Origin: Vulcanimicrobiota bacterium
Lineage (GTDB): Bacteria; Vulcanimicrobiota; Xenobia; Xenobiales; JADMJV01
Direction of reading: 5' to 3'
DNA length: 64,000 bases
Assembly (NCBI GenBank): GCA_050250895.1
Contig: JBFWNU010000004.1
Span: 590,934-654,933 of the forward strand
A model generated the notes under the pieces. It had not been told where the DNA came from, did no database searches, and saw only the letters and a list, made by a program, of their open reading frames with translations. The position numbers and the translations under genes were made by a program. Shown one piece after another: positions 55,682 through 64,000 of the stretch (position 1 is the first letter of the stretch; each line of letters starts with the position of its first letter).

Positions 55682-57084
55682 AGAAACTCTTGCTCATCAC
55701 CGTCAGCCTGCTGTGCCTGATCGCTTGCGGTCAGCCGCCCCAGCCGGCCGAAGAAGAACACCATCACGAGGAAGAGGCCGAAGCCGGCCTGCACCTCGAG
55801 CCAGCTCAGCAAAAAGAGGCCGGTATTGCTCTGGCCTCTCCCACCATGGCCGAGGTGGCTCGAGGCATCGAGCTGAGCGCCGTGCTGGTGCCCGACCCCG
55901 ACCGTCAGGTCATCATTTCATCGCAGCTCGACGGCCGGGTCCACAAACTGTTCGTCCAGCTGGGCGAGCGAGTCCAGGTGGGTCAGGCCCTGGTGGCCGT
56001 CGACAGCACCGAGCTGGCCCGGCTCAAAGCCGAGTATCATCAATCCCGGGTCGAGTCGAGTCTGGCCGAGAACAACCTCGAGACGAGCCGCCAACTGGCC
56101 GCATTGGGCGACGAGACACGACGCCCCCTAGAAGAGGCGAGCGCCGAGGTGATCGCCGCCCAGGCAGCCGAGGCCCGCGCCCTGGCCGATCTGGAGGCTC
56201 ATCAGAAAGCCCTGGCCAGACTCGAACGGTTGCTCGACGACGGCATCGCCTCACGCCAGCAGGCCGAGGCCGCCCGAGCCGAGGTGGCCGCCGATCAGGC
56301 AGCCCTTACCCGAGCCCGGGCCGACCTGCAACTGGCCCGCAAACATCAGGCTCGGGAATCCGAGATTGCCAACCGCCGTCTGCGCCAACGCCGCGAGGTG
56401 TGGCAGGCCCAGGCCAGCGCCAGTCGCTCGCGCGAAGAGCTGCGCCACAGCGAAGAGCTACTCGAGCTACTGGGGGCCAGCCCCGAGACCCACGAGAGCC
56501 TGCTCGAACTCCGGGCACCGATCGGGGGCCTGGTGACCTCGCGCCCGGCCCGTCGCGGTCAAACCGTCAAATCCGGCGAGGAACTGCTGACGGTTACCGA
56601 TCTCTCGGAGTTGTGGGTGTGGGTCGATCTTTACGACCGTGACCTGCCTCGCGTGAGCGAGGGCATGCAAGCCATGATCCGGGTGCAGGCCTATCCCGAT
56701 CGCACCTTTCACGGCCGACTCGATCTGATCGATACTCGAGTAGACAGCGAGACCCGCACGGCCCGCGGGCTGGTCAAGCTGCGCAACCGTGAGGCCCTGC
56801 TCAAGCCTGGCATGTACGCTGGCGTCGAACTGCTGTCGCAACAGGCCGAACCCGGCTTGACCGTGCCGGCCGACGCGGTGACCACGGTAGAAGGAACCGA
56901 AGTGGTCTATGTGCAGGTCGAGCCAGATCATTTCGAGCGTCGGCTGGTACGCCTGGGCAACCGCCGCGAGGGGCGGGTGGAAGTGCTCGAGGGGCTGAAC
57001 CTGAGCGATCGGGTGGTTATCAGCGGGGTCTTCGCGCTCAAATCGGTCGACCTCAGAAGCAGCATCGGAGGACACCACCATTGA
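55678..57084 (+). CDS. czcB: RND membrane-fusion protein
   Basis: Lipobox LIAC; EEEHHHEEE; LRAPIGG, DLSELWV, LKPGMY; ends GGHHH. Confidence 0.88.
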   Translation: MKKLLLITVSLLCLIACGQPPQPAEEEHHHEEEAEAGLHLEPAQQKEAGIALASPTMAEVARGIELSAVLVPDPDRQVIISSQLDGRVHKLFVQLGERVQVGQALVAVDSTELARLKAEYHQSRVESSLAENNLETSRQLAALGDETRRPLEEASAEVIAAQAAEARALADLEAHQKALARLERLLDDGIASRQQAEAARAEVAADQAALTRARADLQLARKHQARESEIANRRLRQRREVWQAQASASRSREELRHSEELLELLGASPETHESLLELRAPIGGLVTSRPARRGQTVKSGEELLTVTDLSELWVWVDLYDRDLPRVSEGMQAMIRVQAYPDRTFHGRLDLIDTRVDSETRTARGLVKLRNREALLKPGMYAGVELLSQQAEPGLTVPADAVTTVEGTEVVYVQVEPDHFERRLVRLGNRREGRVEVLEGLNLSDRVVISGVFALKSVDLRSSIGGHHH

Positions 57085-60000
57085 TCGATCGCTGTCTGAG
57101 CTGGGCTCTCGAGAACCGGGCCGTGGTCCTGTTGCTGACCCTGTTGATGGCCGGACTGGGCCTGCGTTCACTGGGCCAGCTGCCCATCGATGCCGTGCCC
57201 GATGTCACCGACGTGCAAGTCCAGATCAACACCAACAGCCCGGGTCTTTCGCCGCCCGAGGTGGAGCGTCTCATTACCTTTCCCGTCGAGCAGGCCATGG
57301 CCGGTTTGCCCGACCTGCGCCAGGTTCGGTCTTTGTCCAAGTACGGGTTGTCTCAGGTGACGGTGGTTTTCGCCGACGGAACCGACCTCTATTTCGCCCG
57401 CCAGCTGGTGCTGGAACGACTGCAGGTGGCCCGCGCCGAGATCCCTCCCGACCTGGGCGAGCCCGAGATGGGGCCCATCTCGACGGGTCTGGGCGAGATC
57501 TATCAGTACGAACTACGGGGCCAGGGCCAGAGCCTGACCGAGTTGCGTGCTTTGCAGGACTGGTTCGTCAAGCGCCAGCTGTTGACCGTGGACGGGGTGA
57601 CCGAGGTCAACTCGTTCGGCGGTCTCGAGAAGCAATATCAAGTGGTGGCCGACCCTTTTCGTCTGCGCGCCTACAACCTCACCCTGGTCGACCTCTATCG
57701 GGCCATCGAAGAGAACAACCGCAACGCTGGCGCCGGCTTCATGGAATATCGAGACGAGCAATATCTGATTCGGGGCGTCGGCCTGGTGCGGGGCATCCCG
57801 GACATCGAGTCGATCGTCCTGGCTGAAGAGAACGGCACCGCCGTCACCGTGGCCGACGTGGCCCAGGTGACCACGGGACCGGCCCTGCGCCAGGGAGCCG
57901 TCTCGCGCGATGGTCGAGGCGAGGCGGTGACCGGCATCGTCATGATGCTGGTGGGAGAAAATAGCCGGGCGGTAGCCCGTCGGGTCGATGCCCGCCTGCA
58001 AGAGATCCAGGCTCAATTGCCCGAGGGAGTCACCATCGAGCCATTCTACGACCGCACCGAACTGGTCGACCGGACCATCCATACCGTGGCCCGTAACCTG
58101 GCCGAGGGAGCGGTGCTGGTCATCGTGGTGCTGTTCGTGATGGTGGGCAATTTTCGGGCCGCCCTCATCACGGCTCTGGCCATTCCCTTGTCGATGCTGT
58201 TCGCCTCGACCCTCATGCTCAAAGCCGGAGTGAGTGGGAATTTGATGAGTCTGGGCGCCATCGACTTCGGTTTGCTGGTAGACGGCAGTGTGGTGATGGT
58301 CGAGAACGCCTTGCGGCGCCTCTCGCAGGCGGGGGACCGACCTCGCCAGCAGGTGCTGCTCGAGTCGGCCCAGGAGGTGGGACGGCCCATCGCCTTCGGC
58401 ATCGGGATCATCATCGTGGTCTACCTGCCCGTGATGAGTCTCACCGGCATGGAAGGCAAGATGTTCCACCCCATGGCTTTCACGGTCGTCTTCGCGCTGC
58501 TGGGCTCGCTGTTGTTAGCCCTGACTACCACTCCGGTGCTGGTCAGCCTGTTGGTGCGAGAGGCCGGCCACAGCTCTCGACTCGACCGCCTCAAAGCCCG
58601 CTATCGCAGCCTGCTCGAGAGCACGTTGCCGCGACCGCTGCCGATCGCCCTGGCGGCCATCGCCCTCTTCGCTATAAGCCTGGTCGCCTTCTCGCGGCTG
58701 GGGGCCGAATTCATCCCCGAGCTTGACGAAGGAGCCCTGGCTGTGCAGGCCATTCGCCTTCCCAGCGTGTCTTTGACCAAGTCGCTCGAGCAGGCCCAGC
58801 TCATCGAGAAGGCCCTGCTCGAGTTTGACGAGGTGACCGGCGTGGTGTCGAAGACGGGGCGTCCCGATCTGGCCACCGACCCGATGGGGGTCGAGATCTC
58901 GGACGTGCTGGTCAGCCTTCGGCCTGACCATCAAACCCCGAAAGCCGAACTGGTGGCTGCCATGGAAGAACGTCTGGAAAAGATCCCCGGCATCGCCTTT
59001 TCGTTCTCGCAGCCTATCGAACTCAGAGTCGAAGAGCTCGTTTCGGGGGTTCGCTCCGATGTCGCATTGAAAATCTTCGGAGACGACCTGCCGGCCCTGC
59101 GTCAGGCGGCCGAGCGAGCGGCCGCCCGGATCAGGACCATTCCCGGGGCCCGTGACGTGGCCGTCGAGCAGACCACCGGGCTACCCTATCTCGACGTCGA
59201 GGTAGATCGTAGAGCCCTGGCCCGCCACGGGATCAACGTGGCCGACCTGACCGCCATGCTTGAAGTCGGTTTGGGTGAAGCCTCTCCCGGCACGGTGGTC
59301 GAAGGCGATCGTCGCTTCCCCATCGTGATCAAACTCGACCCGCGCTTTACCCTCGAACCCGAGGCTCTGGGAGCTATTCCCGTCCCCGGCCCGCGAGGGC
59401 ATACCATCCCGCTCGATCAGCTGGCCCGCCTCGAGGTCGAAACCGGCCTGGCTCAGATCAGCCGCGAGAACGGCCAGCGGCGGGTGGTGGTCGAGGCCAA
59501 CGTGCGCGGCCGCGATCTGGTCAGCTTCGTCCATCAAGCCCGCGAAGAGGTCGCCGAGGTCATCGGCCCCGGAATGTTCCCGGTCTGGGGAGGCGAGTTC
59601 GAGAACTTCGAGCGGGCGCGCTCGCGCCTGCTGGTCGTGGTACCCCTCACGTTGGCCGTCATTCTGGTGTTGTTGTTTGCCCACTCGGGCTCGGCCGAGC
59701 AAGCGATGTTGGTCTTTCTCAACGTGCCTTTCGCGGTCACCGGCGGAGTGGCCGCCCTGGTCCTGCGCGGGATGCCGTTCTCGATTTCGGCTGGAGTAGG
59801 CTTCATCGCACTCTTTGGCATCGCCGTCCTCAACGGGTTGGTGCTGCTAAGCCGGGTAAGCCAGCTGCGCGCGCAGTTGCCCCTCTACCAGGCGGTGATC
59901 GAGGGCTCGCTCGATCGTCTGCGGCCGGTGCTCACCACCGCCCTGGTGGCTGGCCTGGGCTTTCTGCCCATGGCGTTCGGCCACGGGGCCGGCGCCGAGG

Positions 60001-60134
60001 TGCAGCGACCGTTGGCCACGGTGGTCATCGGCGGTCTCGTCACCAGCACCGTCTTGACGCTGCTGGTGATTCCCACGCTCTATCACTGGTGGGAAAAGGA
60101 CTTCAAAGCCGATTCAGCCAAGCTCGAGGCTTGA
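57081..60134 (+). CDS. czcA: Heavy-metal RND efflux permease
   Basis: LPIDAVPDVT, NLMSLGAIDFGLLVDGSVVMVEN, RLRPVLTTA, EVQRPLATVV. Confidence 0.93.
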   Translation: MIDRCLSWALENRAVVLLLTLLMAGLGLRSLGQLPIDAVPDVTDVQVQINTNSPGLSPPEVERLITFPVEQAMAGLPDLRQVRSLSKYGLSQVTVVFADGTDLYFARQLVLERLQVARAEIPPDLGEPEMGPISTGLGEIYQYELRGQGQSLTELRALQDWFVKRQLLTVDGVTEVNSFGGLEKQYQVVADPFRLRAYNLTLVDLYRAIEENNRNAGAGFMEYRDEQYLIRGVGLVRGIPDIESIVLAEENGTAVTVADVAQVTTGPALRQGAVSRDGRGEAVTGIVMMLVGENSRAVARRVDARLQEIQAQLPEGVTIEPFYDRTELVDRTIHTVARNLAEGAVLVIVVLFVMVGNFRAALITALAIPLSMLFASTLMLKAGVSGNLMSLGAIDFGLLVDGSVVMVENALRRLSQAGDRPRQQVLLESAQEVGRPIAFGIGIIIVVYLPVMSLTGMEGKMFHPMAFTVVFALLGSLLLALTTTPVLVSLLVREAGHSSRLDRLKARYRSLLESTLPRPLPIALAAIALFAISLVAFSRLGAEFIPELDEGALAVQAIRLPSVSLTKSLEQAQLIEKALLEFDEVTGVVSKTGRPDLATDPMGVEISDVLVSLRPDHQTPKAELVAAMEERLEKIPGIAFSFSQPIELRVEELVSGVRSDVALKIFGDDLPALRQAAERAAARIRTIPGARDVAVEQTTGLPYLDVEVDRRALARHGINVADLTAMLEVGLGEASPGTVVEGDRRFPIVIKLDPRFTLEPEALGAIPVPGPRGHTIPLDQLARLEVETGLAQISRENGQRRVVVEANVRGRDLVSFVHQAREEVAEVIGPGMFPVWGGEFENFERARSRLLVVVPLTLAVILVLLFAHSGSAEQAMLVFLNVPFAVTGGVAALVLRGMPFSISAGVGFIALFGIAVLNGLVLLSRVSQLRAQLPLYQAVIEGSLDRLRPVLTTALVAGLGFLPMAFGHGAGAEVQRPLATVVIGGLVTSTVLTLLVIPTLYHWWEKDFKADSAKLEA

Positions 60135-60766
60135 TTGGTTGGTTTCTCAGGCAGGCACGCACCATTCTGGCCGGTTACCGCCGTGTCCGCGGCTGGCTCC
60201 GGTCCCAGGCCGTGCGCCGCGAACTCTCGACTCTGGCCGGTCTCAGCTTCACCCAGGACTATCTCAAGCCGTGGCTACCCAACTGGGATGTCCACTTACG
60301 CCCCCTCCAGCCGCGGCACATCCTGGAGATCGGCTCTTTTGAGGGACGCTCCGCTTGCTGGTTTCTCGAGGCCTTTCCGCACAGTCACCTGACCTGTGTC
60401 GACCCGTTCTACGACGACATCTACGAGCAGCGATTCGAGCATAACGTCAGACGGGCCGGCGGCGAAGGTCGCGTGACCAGGTGCAAAGGTCGCTCCGAGG
60501 CCATCTTGCCCACTCTGGCGCCCGAGAGCTACGACCTCATCTATATCGACGGGTCACACAAGGCCGTGCATGTTCTCTTCGACGCCTTGATGGGCCTGGA
60601 GTTGCTGCGGCCCGGCGGCGTGATGGTGTTTGACGACTACCTTTGGTGCCTTCAATTGCCCAGCGAAGACCGGCCTCAGCTGGCCATCGACTTCTTCCTC
60701 AAGCAGCACCCCGAACTCCAGGTCCTCTACCACGGCTATCAAGTGATGGTGCGCAAGCCGAATTAG
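60131..60766 (+). CDS. Class I SAM methyltransferase (Methyltransf_24-like)
   Basis: LEIGSFEGRS, DLIYIDGSH, GGVMVFDDY. Confidence 0.85.
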   Translation: MIGWFLRQARTILAGYRRVRGWLRSQAVRRELSTLAGLSFTQDYLKPWLPNWDVHLRPLQPRHILEIGSFEGRSACWFLEAFPHSHLTCVDPFYDDIYEQRFEHNVRRAGGEGRVTRCKGRSEAILPTLAPESYDLIYIDGSHKAVHVLFDALMGLELLRPGGVMVFDDYLWCLQLPSEDRPQLAIDFFLKQHPELQVLYHGYQVMVRKPN

Positions 60767-61710
60767 ACCGGCAGATCTCGCCAACCACGCAGCTCGCGCC
60801 CGGTGCGAAATCGCCGAATGGCCTGGCCGACCGCGCCGAAGTCGTGAGTCTCGAGCAGATCCTCGAGGTAAAGGCAACGTTGGGCCACGGCCGGTAGTTC
60901 GAAGGTCCAGTAAAGGCTCATCAAAGGATTGATGAAGAGTTCGCTGCCCTGAGTCCGGGTGGTCGAGTGGACATCCCCAAATCGGCCCACCGCCGCCGAC
61001 AGAATCGACGAGGCCACGATGCTGGGATGGTCAGGCATCTGTCCGTGGACATAATCGAGGACTTGCTTGAACCGGTAGCTCTCGGCAAACTCGGGCAAGA
61101 GCGAAAATGCTCCGAGAAAGGCTCCGGCCCGCGTCAGGTCGGCCACGGCTTCGAGAAAATAGTGATGGCAAACCCCGTGGAAGGTATCCACCCCGAAGCC
61201 GATGCAGGTCAACAAGCGGGTGGGTAGCTCGAGTTGATAGGCGGCGGCGATGCTGGCCAGGTCCTCGGACGGGGTGCCGAGACCTTCTTCGTCACCGCGC
61301 ATCAGGCTGTCGGTGCCCCCGTCGACGAGGACCAATGCCTCGACTCCGAGTTTGTCGACGAGGGCCTGGTAGGCCTGGCGCAACGGCACCACCCCGGCCT
61401 TCTCGAAGCAATAGACTCGAGCCTCGGGGTCTTCGTGCTGGCATAACCACTGGCACAGGTAACGCTCGGGAAAGTAGAAATCCGGCCCGTCGGTGTCCGG
61501 GCCGACCTCGACCAGCACTGGAGTCAGTCGCGGGGCCGAGCAAGTCTCGAGCCGCGAAAAGGAAAGATTGGCTAGATAGACCTGCTTGCCTCGAGCTCGC
61601 AGCCAAAAATAGAGAGGCAGCCCCGAGAAGATGTCAAAACCGCCTCCCGCCCCGGCCAGCAGAATGCGCTGGTGTCCATCGAGCCGCTTGAGGAGCAGGA
61701 CCTCGAGCAT
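60763..61710 (-). CDS. DUF1152 family protein
   Basis: AGAGGGFDIF, YFPE, VDGGTDSLMRGDE..LGTP.ED, GFGVD, FINPLM. Confidence 0.85.
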   Translation of the reverse strand: MLEVLLLKRLDGHQRILLAGAGGGFDIFSGLPLYFWLRARGKQVYLANLSFSRLETCSAPRLTPVLVEVGPDTDGPDFYFPERYLCQWLCQHEDPEARVYCFEKAGVVPLRQAYQALVDKLGVEALVLVDGGTDSLMRGDEEGLGTPSEDLASIAAAYQLELPTRLLTCIGFGVDTFHGVCHHYFLEAVADLTRAGAFLGAFSLLPEFAESYRFKQVLDYVHGQMPDHPSIVASSILSAAVGRFGDVHSTTRTQGSELFINPLMSLYWTFELPAVAQRCLYLEDLLETHDFGAVGQAIRRFRTGRELRGWRDLPV

Positions 61711-63365
61711 CAGATCCGCCAGCTCTGGCGCCGCATTCCCACGATTCCGTCCATTTCGACCGGCGCCGAGAACAGGTTGCCCACTGCCAGATCGCAACCC
61801 TGGGCCCGCAAGAAATGGGCTTGCTGCTTGGTGCCCACCCCGTCCACGATCAGTTTCATCTCGAGCGCCCGGGCCATGGCGATGACGGCCTTGCTGACCG
61901 CTGTCGACCGGTCGTCGTGAGGCACCCCTTGCATCAGACCGGCATCAAGCTTCAGATAGTCGACGGGGCTGGTCTTGAGACTCCAGACACTGCATTGGGC
62001 GGTGCCGACCTCGGGGATAGCCAACCCCATCCCCCAGCGATTGAGCTGTCCGGCCACCTGGTAAGTTCGCTCGGGGTCGGCCACCAGGGCTTGGGGTGAA
62101 AGTTCGGCCACCAGTTGATCGGCCCGAGTGGCTCGGTGGGTGACCTTCTTGAGCATCTCTTCGGCCAGCCGGGCCAGGCGGATCTGGCGCAGCGATGTCG
62201 GAAAAAAGACTGGCACCGTCCGCAGCTTCTTGGACAGCTGGCAAGCCCGGTCGAACGCCCGGTCGAGAATCTCGACGCTGGTGCCGGTCTTTTCGGCCGT
62301 GGCCAGAAACTGCGCGAGATAGAGCGTGCCCTCGATGGGATGGTCCCACAGCACCAGCATGTCGGCCGCAACCATGACGCCCCTGTCAATGCTGACGATG
62401 GGTCGAAAGAGATAGCGCAGCTTGTCGGCCTCGACCGCCACCCGCAGTTCAGCTTCCCAGGCGGCCTCGGTCTCGAGACGGGCCTGCAGCTTGGGGTCGA
62501 ATTGGCAGCAACGGTCGCGGCCCTGGTCTTTAGCCTCGGCGAGGGCCGCCTGGGCGTGGCTCTGCATCTCGGCCGCGGTATCGGCATCGCCGGGACTCAC
62601 GCTCACACCCACCGAGGCCGACAAATGAACCGGATTGCCATCGAGTTCGAAAGGTCGCTTGAGCAGTTCGAGCACCGAGTTGGCCACCTGACGCCAGCGC
62701 TGGGTGGCGCTATCCTTGCCCAGGGGGCCGGCGGGTCCCACCGGCACGGTGATGACCAGGATAAACTCGTCTTCACCCCGGCGTCCCAGGGCCACTTGTT
62801 CGCCGGCCAGATGCTTTTGCAGACGCTCGCCAACCTGGCGCAGCAACTGATTGCCGCCATCCCAACCGACCAGCTCGTTGACGGTGCGAAAGCGATCCAG
62901 ATCGATGGCCAGGAGGGCGGCTGTCTCCTTCCCCTGAGCCACGCGCTCGGCGGTCATGCTCAAAAAGCGCTCGAGAATGTTGTGGTTGGGCAACCCCGTG
63001 ATTGGGTCCTGGTAGGCCAGCCGTTGCAGCTGGGGATTGCCCCCCTCGAACTGCTCGACCAGCCCGGCCAGGCTGGCTTCGGCTTCAAAGGCTCGTAGTT
63101 CGGCCTGGAAGAAGTTTTGCTTCCAGATGTCGAGCCGCTCCTTGAGAGCGCCGTGCGAGAACTCGAGAGCCCGGCTTTCACGCTGGAGGTTGTCGTAGGC
63201 CTCGGTCACCTGAGTCAGGCGCTGCTGCAGCTCTTCGGCGTTGATACCACCCGCCCCCGACAAGATAGAGACCATCTCTTTCTTGGCGCGCTCGACCATC
63301 TCTTCAGCGGCCAGCGCGCGCGACTCGGCAGCTTCGAGCTTGAGTTGTAATTCTTCCAGTTCCAC
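61710..63365 (-). CDS. Coiled-coil GGDEF-EAL protein, degenerate
   Basis: D.ITGLPN, DLDRF..VN, GEDEF. EAL replaced by DML and DDFGTG by PEVGTA. Confidence 0.85.
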   Translation of the reverse strand: MELEELQLKLEAAESRALAAEEMVERAKKEMVSILSGAGGINAEELQQRLTQVTEAYDNLQRESRALEFSHGALKERLDIWKQNFFQAELRAFEAEASLAGLVEQFEGGNPQLQRLAYQDPITGLPNHNILERFLSMTAERVAQGKETAALLAIDLDRFRTVNELVGWDGGNQLLRQVGERLQKHLAGEQVALGRRGEDEFILVITVPVGPAGPLGKDSATQRWRQVANSVLELLKRPFELDGNPVHLSASVGVSVSPGDADTAAEMQSHAQAALAEAKDQGRDRCCQFDPKLQARLETEAAWEAELRVAVEADKLRYLFRPIVSIDRGVMVAADMLVLWDHPIEGTLYLAQFLATAEKTGTSVEILDRAFDRACQLSKKLRTVPVFFPTSLRQIRLARLAEEMLKKVTHRATRADQLVAELSPQALVADPERTYQVAGQLNRWGMGLAIPEVGTAQCSVWSLKTSPVDYLKLDAGLMQGVPHDDRSTAVSKAVIAMARALEMKLIVDGVGTKQQAHFLRAQGCDLAVGNLFSAPVEMDGIVGMRRQSWRI

Positions 63366-63400
63366 CTCGGGCAGTTCGCGCCTGACCCAAGAGAATCTTT

Positions 63401-64000
63401 CTAGACCAAAATGCCCTGAATGCGCCGGGTTAGAACGCGCCAGTCAAATGGCTTGAGCAGTACCTTCTCGCGCGGAATAGCGAAGCGCTCCAGCACGTCG
63501 TCAGTGTAGCCCGACATGAAGAGGTGCTGCGCCCGGGGGCATAGAGGTCGAAGGTGCTCCATCAATTCACACCCGTTCATTCCGGGTAGGATGACATCAC
63601 TCAAGATCAGGTCAAAGGAGTCGTTAGCCTCCTGAGCCAGGGTCAGGGCCTCTTCCGAGTCGGCCGCTAAAGAGACCTCGAAGCCGGCCGTCTGTAAAAC
63701 CCGCTTGAGCACCGAACGCAAAGCGGCTTCATCTTCGATCACCATGATCCGCTTGCTGCCGACACTGGTCGGCGCGATCGGTTCGACGGCGGGTTCAGCC
63801 TCCTGTGGTGGTTGGTGGGCCGGCAGATAGACATCGATGGTGGTGCCTCGTCCGAGCCGGCTCGAGACTTCGATCCCGCCCCCGCCTTGCTGCACGATGC
63901 CATAGACGGTGGCCAGGCCGAGTCCGGTACCTTTGCCGAGACCTTTGGTGGTAAAGAAGGGCTCGAACATTTTCTGGCGCGTCTCTTCATCCATTCCGCA
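63401..64000 (-). CDS. Hybrid histidine kinase, C-terminal HATPase + REC (5' end outside window)
   Basis: [38 protein letters not shown]. Confidence 0.88.
   Translation of the reverse strand, partial: CGMDEETRQKMFEPFFTTKGLGKGTGLGLATVYGIVQQGGGGIEVSSRLGRGTTIDVYLPAHQPPQEAEPAVEPIAPTSVGSKRIMVIEDEAALRSVLKRVLQTAGFEVSLAADSEEALTLAQEANDSFDLILSDVILPGMNGCELMEHLRPLCPRAQHLFMSGYTDDVLERFAIPREKVLLKPFDWRVLTRRIQGILV

Noticed and set aside
1-64000. CRISPR array, cas genes, rRNA or tRNA
   Set aside because: No regularly spaced repeat-spacer run and no recognisable RNA gene. The 29-bp repeats occur only in pairs, 0.9-2 kb apart.

Overview
High-GC bacterial chromosomal window. The gene repertoire suggests Candidatus Eremiobacterota (Xenobia-like), but this is an unverified inference from pilin-like 'TACKSNLKNI' domains, degenerate GHKL proteins and REC-BTAD regulators. 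From left to right: (1) a minus-strand three-gene operon of repeat proteins: a 25 x 10-aa Ala/Ser repeat protein, an unannotated 52-aa paralog and an RTX-like protein. (2) A decayed accessory patch at 2.6-9.1 kb: HNH gene plus HNH relic, orphan AbrB antitoxin, ISKra4-like relic, XRE pseudogene, papain-like protease and structured non-coding repeats. (3) pilC, histidine kinase, two response regulators (one with wHTH-BTAD) and a WD40/caspase. (4) A vapBC pair between direct repeats. (5) Minor-pilin genes, a double-pilin-domain protein, a Ser/Thr kinase and an FHA protein. (6) Envelope/glyco enzymes, form II coxSLM and a TPM pair. (7) czcCBA preceded by a Cys-rich RGPP leader, then signalling genes. 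No rRNA, tRNA or CRISPR array was seen. Best novelty candidates: the repeat-protein operon (possible beta-solenoid/amyloid fibre), which shares a 65-bp promoter architecture with a lipase-like gene 8.5 kb away; a recurrent non-Sec N-terminal leader on unrelated enzymes; and an RGPP arrest-type leader whose 3' end can pair with the czcC Shine-Dalgarno.
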